DNA from: Balanoglossus misakiensis | Lineage: Eukaryota; Animalia; Hemichordata | Length of the DNA stretch: 64,000 bases | Direction: 5' to 3' | Assembly (NCBI GenBank): GCA_040954595.2 | Contig: CM082578.2 | Span: forward strand, 3,640,831 to 3,704,830 | In this document: positions 1-11,675 of the stretch, piece after piece | Layout: each line of letters starts with the position of its first letter | How positions within the stretch are numbered: position 1 is the first letter of the stretch | Notes under the pieces: model-generated | What the model was told of the DNA's origin: nothing | What the model saw: only the letters and a program-made list of their open reading frames with translations | Database searches by the model: none | Program-made: the position numbers and the translations under genes

Positions 1-154
1 AATATACAATGCAGATTCTTATATTATGCAAAATAAACTCTTGCAAAATCAATTAAATCCATATCATGACGTTTAACAATGAAAAATATCAAGTACATGT
101 CCCCTATCTGGCAATATGAAATCCTTGTTTTGTAATTTAAAATGTTGATTCGGT

Positions 155-315
155 ATTATTCCAGCAGCGATGCAGGTCATGCTCATTGTAACACCTATGA
201 CTGACGTTAGAAAGGCCACTTTCACTTCAGCTATGCCCATTCTGACGGCTTTATACACTAAATGGGTCAGGACAATACTTTGTCCTATTAATACCAAGAA
301 TATGTAAAGCATTAG
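155..315 (-). pseudogene. Orphan ~160-bp duplicate of part of SLC16-like exon 3 (TM7-TM8)
   Basis: Matches 5405-5565 with about 4 substitutions by eye; translates MLYIFLVLIGQSIVLTHLVYKAVRMGIAEVKVAFLTSVIGVTMSMTCIAAGII; similarity stops abruptly on both sides. Confidence 0.85.
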
Positions 316-440
316 GGACTGTCCAGAATTTACTTCCAGGGGGGGGGGGCACCCATTTCCCCCAAGAAAATTTAGGGGGGGGGGCAGACATAAAAATCAC
401 AATCTTTAGGGGGGGTCATGTAAAAAACCCTCACAATCTC
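315..440. mobile_element. Possible Harbinger/ISL2EU-type MITE end with G-tracts
   Basis: TTA followed by GGGACTGTCCAGAATTTAC and several poly-G runs, starting exactly where the exon duplicate ends; the matching other end was not identified. Confidence 0.35.
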
Positions 441-807
441 AATATTTGCCCAGAAGTACTGATTTATAAGAAACAAACCACCATGGCTACCTGGATGACA
501 GATGAACTCCACAAGTGTATTAAATAAATCTTCATAAGCTGGCATTTCCGGTAATTTTTACGGTGGTTTATTTTGTATATCTACAACAGTTTCTTGTTCT
601 ACTACTCTGTGAAGCATAATAACATGTCCAACATATTTGGCCTGCCAGCACAGACCATATATGTACAATGAACAGTCAGTGTTGTTACTGTTGATAACTG
701 AGCTCAATTCAAATCCAGACAAGTTTAAAGAATTAGACTTTTTTGACAATCTATTTACTTTTCTATGACAAAAGATACCAGCAGCTAGTGATAAATTAAT
801 TCTACAT

Positions 808-2060
808 TTTTAGCTCACGTGAAAATCACGTGAGCTTATGGTTTAGCGATGTCTGTGTGTGTGTGTGTGTGGCTGTCTGTATACCCGATATCTCCAGAAC
901 CGCTGAACCGATTTCAACCAAATTTAGTACACAGGTTCAGATATCATATGCAAGAACTGAAAAGGTTTTGGTGGGTGTGGCTTTGATATTAATGAAGTTA
1001 TTAAAGTTTTAATTTTTCTATTACATGGTTGTCTATGAGAGCTTTCGTTTAAGGTGGCATTGCATGAAAAGTTGTGATTTTTGCCAAATTTTACTTTTTT
1101 ACATAAATCGGTAGGCCTAATACTGACCCACACCCTGACCAATACGTCTTGGCGGAAATGCTGCATAATCACCCCAAAATAGCACTTTTCTGAATGAGTT
1201 CACAGCTTAACAAATAGGTGTCAACAATGCAAATGGCCGTTTTTCTCAGTTTGCATTTTCGCTGCTCTTGACAACTTCTGACGAAAATAGCTTCGCTCTG
1301 CGTTGGCCGAATTTGCTCAAATTTTAACTGGGGATTGCGTACGACCCATCCAACAAAACGGTATTTTTGTTAGTCGATAAAGTGTCCCTGGCGGGAATAA
1401 ACTCTGATTCAATACAACTCACCGTGAATTTAATCAAATTTTACTAAAAATCTAACTTTCAAACGCTGTTACTCCTCAATGGAAGCAGATAACGCAAAAC
1501 AAAATTACCTTTTTTTGCACGTGTACTCTAGTTTCGAATGACATATTAAGATGCATGATGCATGGTCAACTTTTTTACCTATTTTAAATTTCATGACATA
1601 ATATCAAAAAATGATTTTCACCCAAAATCGCCACCATTTCCAGGGATCAATAATATTTGCAACTCAAACAAAAGTTTGAAATCTCAGCTTCCAGAATATA
1701 TATGGTTTATGGGGGTTTTAACGTTGTCTTTGATGAGAAATAGGCCTCTGAAAAAGTCTCGGCGGTTTCATGCAATGCCACCTTAATGCCGCATATATGA
1801 CCAGTGGAAACGATAGTTTGAGGAGATCGACTGTTTGAGGGCGCTGTGAAATGAGAAAGTCCAGTTTGGCTGTAGCTAGCTTGGGCTGTAGCTGTGTAAT
1901 AGTATATAGCTCTGTGCTCAGACAGTGTACTCGTCGTTACAGTTACACAGTTTCAGGATCTACATGTAAATGGCAAGAACTGGAAAGGTTTTGGTAGGTG
2001 TGGCTTGGATAGTAATGAAATTATCAAATTTTTAATTTGTGAAATGAGACATTCCTGGCG
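808..2060 (+). mobile_element. HINE/DINE-like non-autonomous Helentron relic, interrupted by a Kolobok MITE
   Basis: TTTTAGCTCACGTGAAAATCACGTGAGC palindrome, then (GT)n/(GTCT) microsatellite, then CCGATTTCAACCAAATTT; the internal block GCAAGAACTG..AAAGGTTTTGGT.GGTGTGGCTT occurs at ~950 and ~1972. Right boundary uncertain. Confidence 0.55.
1053..1782 (+). mobile_element. Non-autonomous Kolobok-like DNA transposon, copy 1
   Basis: TTAA TSDs at 1049-1052 and 1783-1786; perfect 17-bp TIR GGTGGCATTGCATGAAA/TTTCATGCAATGCCACC; RR..YY termini with TTAA fit Kolobok rather than piggyBac; inverted second copy at 15293-16024. Confidence 0.85.
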
Positions 2061-2904
2061 ATATTGCCGTGGTTCTGCATGCTCAGACGCTGTACCCGTC
2101 GTTACGAATAACTTCCCTACGTGAATCCACAAGGAAGCTAACGTTGTTTAGTTGCTTCATAGAGCGGAAATTGTTAATGTACAGGACCGTCAGACGAAGT
2201 CAGGTATGTGTTTTACTCTTTTCAAATGAAGTTTGAAACTACTTACGAGTAAGTTAGTGGTTGGCGTGCAGCCGAATCCGCGTTATGACTATGACGTGAC
2301 CCATTCATCAAGACAAACCGTAAATGATTCACGCATATTGTGGTCCTCACGCAGTCAATCTCAAAATGTCACCAGGCTTTCTATTTGTCTATTGTTCAGA
2401 GAAAAATTACATGGCGGTTGATCACACTCAACAGTAAAATCCGTTTTGTGTGTTTATAGACAGTCTGTTATCGCCAATACTATATAGCGATTGCTAGATG
2501 GCCTACCCAATATGTGATCGAGCGAGAATGATAACATTGAATGTCTGTTCAGATCTCATTCCGTACGTCATACGTCAACATTTCGATTTCGATTTAATCC
2601 ATTCATAAAGAATTTAGAGAAAGTCGTCTTGAATTGTGACCCCGACTATCAATTTTACGATGATTTTTTGGCGACGGAATACACGAGACGCCATTGCATA
2701 ACTACGTCAGCTGGACTTCCAAGGTTACCATTTTGTGTGTATGGAATCTTATCACAGAGACTACGTACTTTGACAATATGCCATGCTATATCAATGACGC
2801 CCCAGAAAATTTGTCGAAAAATGAATTTGTCTTCTCATGGTGGTGCAATATATTTTAATGTCTATTTTGAGGTTGATTTTGGTTTTTGGCTAACATGTAT
2901 ATCA

Positions 2905-3720
2905 ATGTCAGCTTATAGCATAAGTTGGTGTCCGTCGTCTATGTATGTCTGTATGTGTGCCTCATACAGAATTATGTATTTTGTGAATGGATCAGTTTCG
3001 TCTAAATGTATTGATGTATGTATGTGTATGTCCATCAACATCAAAAACTTGAAACTACTGATATTTAGTGTGTACATAGAAATTGTTATTGCGAAAAAAT
3101 GCATACTGGTATTAACTGGAAAAATGTTCAAATAGTCAAAATTGAAAAACTTAATAACAGCGGATCAGATTCAGTTAAAAATTGGCGTGCATTGGTGTGC
3201 AAGTACTTTGGGAAGACCTCGTATGATTTTGTTCAGGTGGAGTCAGTATCTGGCGTTTGCTATTTTTAAAGAATTTTTTGGGGAATTTTCTGCAGTTTTG
3301 TTTAAAAAAATTCTTCTCTGAAATTACATGTCCAATTGATTGGAAACTTGGTATGGAGGTTCATAGGGCTTACCTGAATCACATTTGTGCAAACGGTGGT
3401 GAAATTTGCAAAAATGCATTTTTGGGCAATATTTCCTGTTTTTGTCAAAAAATCAAATCCTGTGAAACTGTAAGTGCAATTGTTTTGATACTTTGTATTT
3501 GGGTTTCTAGGGGTGATCTCAGTCAGATATGATCAAATTGTAATGAAATTTGCATAATTGTATTTTTGGGGAATTTCTGCAGGGTTTGGCCAAATAGTCT
3601 TCAGTAAAACCACAAGTCCAATTGATTGGAAACTTTGAATGGGAATTCATATATGTGATATCAGTCAGATTTGTCTGAATTTCCTGTTGTTTGCCAAAAT
3701 GTCTTCCTTATTGAAACTTG
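2905..3720 (+). mobile_element. Second HINE-like relic with internal subrepeats
   Basis: GTCCGTCGTCTATGTATGTCTGTATG microsatellite near the start; repeated GTCCAATTGATTGGAAACTT blocks at ~3330 and ~3616. Boundaries approximate. Confidence 0.45.
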
Positions 3721-5239
3721 TTAAAGAGGTTCTTAGGCATGAACAGAAATCAAGACCTGATGTAAACTCAGAATTGAAAAGAAATGTTTTCATTCAAATA
3801 TTGTCGAAATATCAATATGTGTGATGGTGTACTTTTCTATCCTGGTTATGGTTTAAATATGGAGTTGTCACAATAATGAAATAATAAGAGGCACTGATCA
3901 GTATTCAACAATTAGGTTACAAGGGGGAGTGCAGGGGTTTCAAGCTAAACTTATTTTTTGTTATTTGACATCGTCCCTAACCCCTTACAAAAATTGACAA
4001 GGCAACAATTCCACAAACATGTTTACATTTCACAATGGTGCAACACACAACCCTTACACCATATACACTATAAACCAAAATGGTTTAACACTGGTTTTTC
4101 TAATCTTGTTATTCTGTCAACCAATCACAGTACTGCACGTGAGCATATTCAGTTAATATCTGGTTTAGAATAAATCATAGTACGCCTAAAGTATTTTGTG
4201 GGGTGACTGTGAATAAAGTAAGACATAATAAATCACATTTAATTTACTTGCTAAAATAGTGGTACCCAGGTAAGAATCCAGATTTAAAGCCCTACTAGCC
4301 GTAACTCTAGTTAACTCTTAAGATTTGTTGACCTCAAAGTGTTTGTCGACGTCGATTTCTTTTCTATTTTGTTCAAAAGTGCACAATGTATGGGCAAGAA
4401 TTCTGATTCCTACAAACTAAAATAATACACAATGTTTATTTTTAAAATGTCTTTTTGTTCTTCAGTCTGAATCGTGCTTGTATACAGTTTTTGTGAGGCT
4501 CAACACAGTCGAATTTGCAATTTCTGTCTCATTGAAAAGATATTAATGGCACCCTGCTTTCTAGTAATATTAAATTTAAAGAGACATTAGCTTTAACTTT
4601 TGTCAATTTTTATCTGTATGTGTTAGTCTTCTGTGTCAAGTGCACTTTCTTGGTCTACTCCTCAGAGTATGTTCATGTGTAACAGCAAATATTCTGCCAG
4701 TGATGTACCTATTGTTTTGATTATAGTACAAACACATAAAATTATATTGTTTTGTGCCAGCCAAAATTGTTTTAAAAAAAATTTAAAAACCATAAAATTG
4801 TGCATGACTACATTATTTTTTAATTTACCCATTGAAAAACAAGAAACATTTTATCTATGTTTTTGACAAAACTTGCAGAATATTTTGAAAATACTGTACA
4901 GGACACAACCTCATGTTTGATTTGAATTTTCTAAAAAAATACTTGATTGTTGATTGTAAAAAGGAGAAAGTAAAATGTGAAATTATTAAACAATTTACTA
5001 CAATGTTCAGAATACTAGCAACAAACGTCAAACTAGCAACACCGTTTTTCTTTGCTGGGCCCGACACGTTATCTCTAAAATTGTAATAACGTCACAATTT
5101 AGTAGACAAAGAGGCGCCCCCCCCCCATCCCAATTGCGCAGTAGAAGTACGTGCGTGTTGAGAGAGACGTGTCGACTCGAACTCGGACGACGAGAGTTGT
5201 TTAGCGTGTCGAACACTGCTCTACGAAGCTCGTAGTTAC

Positions 5240-6242
5240 CTTCTGACCGGGACATGACCACGCAGTACCCCAATGATGACAACTGCTGTCATCAGCAGCG
5301 TGTATGTGTTGGCAGCCGGAACCATAAGAGCAGTAATCCCATAGACAGTGTGGCACAAGCAATGCATGTATAGGCGGTTTTCGGCTATACCGGCACAATC
5401 GATGATTATTCCAGCAGCGATGCAGGTCATGCTCATTGCAACACCTATGACTGACATTAGAAAGGCCACTTTCACTTCAGCTATGCCCATTCTGACGGCT
5501 TTATCCACTAAATGGGTCAGGACAATACTTTGTCCCATTAATACCAAGAATATGTAAAGCATTAGTAGTCGTATCCGTGGAATATCTTTACATAAGGTAA
5601 ACAAGAAACATTGCATCCAATTTGTCTTTGCTGCTCCGGTCGGTGACTTTGCTATGTTTACTTTCATGTTTGGAGGGCATTGGTCATGTTCATCACTCAA
5701 GTTGGTGTTTCTGGTTGTTGTTTCGCGGCACTGAATACTAACACTTTCCCGGAGTGGTATCGCTGACTGAGTTTCTCTTCTTCTATGAAATTTTAATTTG
5801 ACATTGGCGCACGTACTCTTGCTACTTGAATTACGATGATTTATTTCATTTCCACCATCACAACCACCATCCTTACCAACGTCGCCATCATCCTCCTCCT
5901 CCTCCTCCTCCTCCTCCTCCTCATCATCATCATCATCATCATCTTTACTGATAACATTGATTTCGGCAAAAACATTCGTGTTTTCTGCACTGGAGTCTAA
6001 CGCCAGATGTATTGGTCTAAGCAGTGCTACACAAACACATAGATTGGCCGCCATTCCCGACAGTACCATCAAAGCCCCTCGCCAACCATATTTTTCAATA
6101 AAGATTGCGCAGAGTGGAGGAATGGCAAAATATCCCAACCCGGTTCCTGCGAATATAGTCCCGTTTGCTGTGTTGACACGTTTATTGAAATATTCACCGA
6201 GAGTTACAAAAGATACTACCTGATATATCCCATACGATGCAC
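5240..6242 (-). CDS. SLC16/monocarboxylate transporter-like (MFS) gene, coding exon 3 (TM4-TM10)
   Basis: Acceptor TTTATCGTCAG ending at 6243; in frame with ORF 5236..6138; motifs GEYFNKR, ANG..FAGTGLG, EKYGWRGALMVLSG..ANLCVC..LLRP; ends at possible donor AG|GTAACT (5240/5239) or at stop TAA 5236-5238. Confidence 0.85.
5886..5943. repeat. Coding microsatellite (TCC)n(TCA)n encoding a poly-Asp/poly-Glu tract
   Basis: DDDDDDDEEEEEEEEEEDD in the large cytoplasmic loop of the transporter. Confidence 0.95.
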
Positions 6243-6814
6243 CTGACGATAAAAGTATAAATAAATATTATTTGAGAATGGTGTGGCAGTTGCTCAAGGC
6301 CAACGGATGACAAGATTTCTCATTCTCGTTGTTGTGTATTCAGCTGTACTAATACTGGTGCACATGCAACATTCGTAGATGCAACAATATGTGTAAAGAT
6401 ATAATAATGGTAAGTGAAGTACAATTCGCTGCTCATTGGACACGTTACTTTTGTGCGAAATGAGACAGCATTGGTTCAGTTTCTTGGTCATTCGCACACT
6501 GTATTGCCAAAATTAGTTAAATGATGCAAAAATCATTAATATTGAGTTTCCTAGATACGGTGACGAAAAAATTGTTAAATGTTGGGCCAATGCCTACAAG
6601 TTGCCTTATTTGCGTTTGTGAATTTCACCATGAAAACAGTTTTATATACATAATTACACAATAGACTGTGGCTATATTTTCCAGCCTGCAAAGAATTTGT
6701 TGATTGCTTTGATGCTGAATAATACTTATGGATATATTATGAAATTAGCTTGGAGTCCGGGTTGCCCGTGGCTCAGTTAGAGGAAAGTGTTACAAGTATG
6801 GAGTTCTCGATTAC

Positions 6815-6955
6815 CTGTGACTCCAAGACTGAGACAAAGATTTATGGGACTTGTTGCAGACGCACTTGCGATAAAGGAAACGTAGGACAACACACCACCA
6901 ACCATTGCGACACGTCGGTCGCTGTATCTCTTGCAAAGAAAGCCAGCAAAAGGAG
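6815..6955 (-). CDS. SLC16-like gene, coding exon 2 (141 nt, phase 1-1)
   Basis: Acceptor TATACAG at 6956, donor G|GTAATC at 6814; translates APFAGFLCKRYSDRRVAMVGGVLSYVSFIASASATSPINLCLSLGVTG, the MFS TM2-TM3 loop motif. Confidence 0.85.
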
Positions 6956-7437
6956 CTGTATACAATCGAAAGACATAAATGACCATAATATCTGCCTGAA
7001 AAATTCTACACCTTATAATTACAGTACTCTGTCAGCGCGTCCACTTTATTTTGTTAAGATCTTTGTTTCATTTTACAGGATTGGGTTCGTCACACTGTTG
7101 GTTGCTTTGAAATTATCATATATTGCAAGTATACCACACGATTTGTGCCAAGAATGTTTTAACAGAAGAAGCCACGGGGATGTACTGATCAGATTTTGTC
7201 GTTCCATAACTTGGTAGCCATTTCTAATACCTATATTGGTGAGATATGTTTTTCCATGGAGTTCTGAGTCCACACATGAGCTTTCATATTTAAAAGTCTT
7301 ATCAGATTGTTATGCAGCAAAACAGAGTTACATCTGAGGCTGAACACCATAACATCAGATGCAATAGTAGTGAACAGTTGTCTTGTAATAAATGAATGTT
7401 GCGAGAACAGTAAATAAACATATAAAAGTCTGCGTAC

Positions 7438-7684
7438 CTATCACATTAGTAGCTGCCGCGTGTGTAGATATGATCCACAAAGTTGTAGTGACAGTCGAAT
7501 CGAAATTATGCAGAAAACTAACAAATAGTACCGTCATGGAACTACTTATACCACGCATGATAATTAAAGACAGCAAGTTTGCAGCCATAACTACCCATGC
7601 CCAGCCAACATCCTGTGATTGTTCTAATCGCCGTGTCTTCGCTTCTCCGCCCGGGAGCCGTGTGATTTCACCGACAGACGCCAT
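7438..7684 (-). CDS. SLC16-like gene, coding exon 1
   Basis: ATG at 7684; DVGWAWVV is the SLC16 DGGWGWVV signature; donor G|GTACGC at 7437, phase 1, joins exon 2 in frame. Confidence 0.85.
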
Positions 7685-7885
7685 TTCTTTATGATGGGGT
7701 ATTCAGATGTTGGTGGTCTAAGTTCCAATGTCCAGACTATTCTCCTTCAAGAGTTGACGTGAAGTGGGTGCTTCTCATTGGTTAATTCTTCGGCAACTCA
7801 CGTTTCCAAATAGTGCACATCAGGTTCATAACAAAAAGTTTATAGTCAGGTTCACACAGGGAAAAATTTGAGACACTGTTTGCCT

Positions 7886-8150
7886 ATGGTAAACACAGAG
7901 CATTAATCCTTTATGTCGCGTTGTGTCCACACACACAACGTTTATGTATAGGCGCTGAGGCTCGGCCCCATAGACAATGGGTTGCGGAGAGGTGTTAATC
8001 CATACACCGGCTCAGATCTGGCTGGCAAAGCCGTATCGAATCTAAGCCGTTTCAGAACCACTATGCACTGTCTGCACGTGTTTTTAAGCTGGTTTCTGAT
8101 CTGAGACGCTTCAGAACCGTCTTAATGGTGAATGTGTGTGACCCCCATAG
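7886..8150 (+). mobile_element. Interspersed repeat of unclassified family, directly upstream of the SLC16-like start
   Basis: Diverged inverted copy at 62215-62417 plus 62864-62915 (e.g. CCCATAGACAATGGGTT, TCTGATCTGAGACGCTTCAGA, TGGTAAACACAGAGCATTAATCCTTT). Confidence 0.75.
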
Positions 8151-9169
8151 AACTCAGCAATTAGCCATGTAAGCATTGTATCAATGCCTTCCTTGAAACG
8201 AACTGGGCCACTGAAGGATTATTCAGTCAGAGTTATCAGTAATAGTTAACAGGTAATGAATATGTCACTATCGCCGAATTGTTCTTTAACGGGTACTTAA
8301 AATGGGGGCGTTGCAGTTGCATTATCGAACGTAAACAGTATTGACGACTGACCGTGTGATCGGCTTCAAGCAATCAGTTGTGCTGTCATGCAAGTAGTCA
8401 TAAATATCCACGCAGTGTCAACTAAAGGTCACTTATACAAGGTCGACAAGATCACACGATAACATTCAAACCAACAACAATTTGCTTAGCGCTATGTACT
8501 GTAACCAATATTGGTAACTTTTGTATTAAAATAATAAATAATAGAGTCAAAAATAGTCGTACTTTAAAATTTCGATCAAAACAATAACACCGCTAGTTCC
8601 GATCATTGGGTCCTATGGTAATGTATTGGAGATCATTTACTTCCAAGTGCCAGGTCATCCTTTCAGCAAATTAGTAATTGAATAAGTTATTTCAAATTGG
8701 CCATATTTACGACATTTAATTTAATGCGGCTTGTGTGAGAAATACAATCCAATGTCCTTTGGAGTGTGAGATTCTATTAATCCACGGCTATAGAAGTTGG
8801 CTGCTTTGGTAGCTAACCTCCATTCCTTTGTTGGCCGAAAGCTACCTTTTGATCAGTTTGCCTTACTCACGCACCTAAACAGCAAAAAGTATGGCTATGA
8901 ATTTTGTTCAATTCAATGCAAGCTGCAGCTGTCCAAATATCTGCAAAGATTGGAAACAGTATTTACAAGGGCGGATCGAAGGGGTCATGTACATAAAAAT
9001 CCTTTCATAAAAGAAAATCCTTTGGGGATGAATGACAGCTAGGCCTCAAATTGTTGTTAAAATGGCATGTTGTGCAGTTAAAAGCTGCAGAACAGAACTG
9101 ATGTGACTGTTATCGAGAGACCAACTTTTCTCATGAAATTAAAACTCATATTATAACATATGTAGTACA

Positions 9170-9745
9170 AGCATTGATTATATGCATTGTGCAAAGCTAG
9201 TTGTTACCAAATTTCTTCTCATACTTTGGTTCTCATCATCATGCACTTTCAGCTCACACCTTTTATCAACATTTGTTGATTTGACTGATAATTGCCTGAA
9301 AAAATCAACCTACCTATATATTACCAGCTTACCAAGGTCAATTAATGAGCATTTGAAATATTGGAAAGCTTCTGAACTGCGAGCATGGCTATTTTTCTAT
9401 TCTCTGCCCATACTTGTTGACATAAGGTCTGAATTTTCCTTGTAACATAACTTACTATTCCGAAGCAGCTGGTCTGGCTTCTTTCTCAAAATTCTGTTTC
9501 TGAAGATGATTTGAACCAAAGTCAACGGTTAAGTACTTTGATTAAATGCTTAAGCCCTTGTATGGCAGCAGATAGTTGACCCTCAATGTACACTCCCAGC
9601 TGCATTTACCAAAGTGTGTTAAAGACCGAGAGCCATTATGGGCACATTCCTGTGTTCCCTTTTGAAGACGCAAATAGAGAACTCTTAAAACTATTTCACT
9701 GTACACAAGCCATGGATATTCAAATCAAATGTTCTGTCAGCAGTA
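9170..9745 (+). pseudogene. Decayed CMC-superfamily (CACTA/EnSpm/Mirage-like) transposase fragment
   Basis: Broken frames read IDYMHC, LPRSINEHLKYWKASELRAWLFFYSLPIL and LNVHSQLHLPKCV..EPLWAHSC.PFEDAN, in the order typical of these transposases; contains stops and frameshifts. Confidence 0.75.
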
Positions 9746-9779
9746 TTCAAATGTTGCCATGCCAATACGTGCTGAATCA

Positions 9780-10015
9780 CATGCTAGTGTTTTGGAGAAG
9801 GCAGTTGCAGCTGAGCTTCATCGGCATCTGAAAGCAAACAGCTTGTATACAAAGATGCAGTCTGCATATCGTAAACATCATAGTACGGAAAAGGCAATTG
9901 TTCGCGTTTATAAAATTCTTCGAGCCATGAATGGACAACAAGAAGTCATCCTTGTACTTTTAGACCTAATCTTCTGCATTTGAAACAATTGACCACCAAA
10001 TTTTACTTGATTAGA
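9780..10015 (+). mobile_element. L2/CR1-clade LINE reverse transcriptase fragment
   Basis: LEKAVAAELHRHLKANSLYTKMQSAYRKHHSTEKAIVRV..VILVLLDL then (frameshift) SAFETIDHQILL. Confidence 0.85.
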
Positions 10016-10274
10016 CCATGAGCCAGTATAGGTTTACCTCCCCACGGGAGAATTTTTGAGACAATGTTTTTCTGAAAGCCCATCATATACTGAGTAAAAT
10101 TCACTTTTTTGCCATCTGGGCACCGGGGCGTTTTCGAGTTATTGGCTTCTAAATTATATTGGGTAACGTATGCAGGAAACCCTAAAAGTGCATATAAATT
10201 GACGTGGGGGGAAAAATTACAATTTCAGAAAATGCTAGAGCCACCAGTTATACGGACTCTTGATTGTAGGATCT

Positions 10275-10545
10275 TCTAGTGTTGTGCCATTGAGCAAGGC
10301 ACTTTACTTCTCATTACTTCTCCCCACCCAGGAGGAATGGGTACCGGGTAGGACAGAGATTGCAATGTGTGTGTTTAGCTCTGCTGTGCTTATGGCTGCA
10401 CATGTGTGCTGTTGTTTGCTCTCTGCGGAGTTAAATGGAATTAATTCAAGTCTAATGACTACGGGTAATAATTGTTATAAAGCGCCTTGAGCACAAAACA
10501 TTGTGGGTATGTGCTCTGTATAAGAACTATTATTATTATATTTAT
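10275..10545 (+). mobile_element. 5'-truncated CORE-type SINE with L2-like 3' tail
   Basis: TTGTGCCATTGAGCAAGGCACTTTAC resembles the CORE domain; tail AAAGCGCCTTGAGCAC...TATAAGAAC(TAT)n. Confidence 0.6.
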
Positions 10546-11433
10546 TAACTTTTATTTTTTTTAATACTTTGACGAAATTTTGGCGTGGGGAGGTTCACCT
10601 ATTTTTTTACCACGGAACACACTCAAAACCAGCATCTCTCTTGTTTGAAACATACCCTTTTATATATAAACGTACATCATCAAAGTCATTATAAAATCCT
10701 AACTGAAAACTAGTAAAACTGTAATTTTGCTTCAGCAAAATTGTGACGATATATATCTTTCCATAAACCGTCTTATCTGAATTAGTGTATCTTTCCCAAT
10801 TAGCCTTGTCAACAAATCATTGCTCCGATTTTCAGATAACTTTAGACTAGTATTTCACAATAACAGAAGCGTTTTTCAGTTCATACGGTATAGCCATTGA
10901 TCTGTGTACTCTGGAAGCCATTGTGATCATTTGGGATTCATTTGAGAGTCGTAAACTGCAAACAATTCCAAATTCGCCGGCTCGACTTGTTACCCAGGAA
11001 GAAAAGAAGTGACAATATCACTCGAATCGTTCGTGACATTCATTGGCTCTCTGTTGAGCATCTAATCGAATTCAAACTTCTTTGAATCAGTTTCAAAGTT
11101 CTACGCGGTCTTGCATCAGTACATGCAGTAAGCTTACAGGATGCACGGTCGCATTCAAAAATGGTGATATAAATTAACATCAACCCATCAGTACGTCACA
11201 CTGCCTTTTTATGGTGACAGGGCCTTTTCCGTCTGCCAGGTGAACCTATATAGGTAGTGGAATGGCAAGTACTGTTACTACTTCTACATTTGATGATTTT
11301 GAAGAAGGGTTAATAAAACCTACCTTATAAAATCATCTTATACGTAATTGCCCGTTTGTTGACCTTTATTTAACCACACTTTTGATTTTTTTTTCTCTTT
11401 TCTTCACTGTTGTCACTTTTAGTTTTTACTTTA

Positions 11434-11495
11434 TTGTAAAGCGCATTGAGATAACTTATTATGTAAAGCGCTAAGAAATAAAATTATTAATAAAA
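11434..11495 (+). mobile_element. L2-type LINE/SINE 3' tail remnant
   Basis: TTGTAAAGCGCATTGAGA...AAAGCGCT..AAATAAAATTATT stem-loop tail. Confidence 0.5.
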
Positions 11496-11591
11496 TAAAA
11501 TATTAAATAGATAGTCAAGGTTGTAACACTATAGCAGTTCGGTAAAAGTTACTATTATTAAGGCTTTTAAGGCGGCTTCGCTAATCAACAG

Positions 11592-11675
11592 AAGAAAATG
11601 GACACAGATCGTTGTAAAAAGCGTGTGATACATAAGAAAATGGACACAGATCGTTGTAAAAAGCGTGTGATACAT
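11592..11675. repeat. Perfect 42-bp tandem duplication
   Basis: AAGAAAATGGACACAGATCGTTGTAAAAAGCGTGTGATACAT twice. Confidence 0.95.

Noticed and set aside
1053-1782. piggyBac assignment for the TTAA element
   Set aside because: Termini are GG..CC, not the CC..GG of piggyBac.
2629-3135. 168-aa ORF
   Set aside because: Non-ATG start, runs through the microsatellite of a repeat relic, no recognisable motif.
6750-7694. Plus-strand ORFs of 155 and 100 aa
   Set aside because: Antisense shadows of SLC16-like exons 2 and 1.
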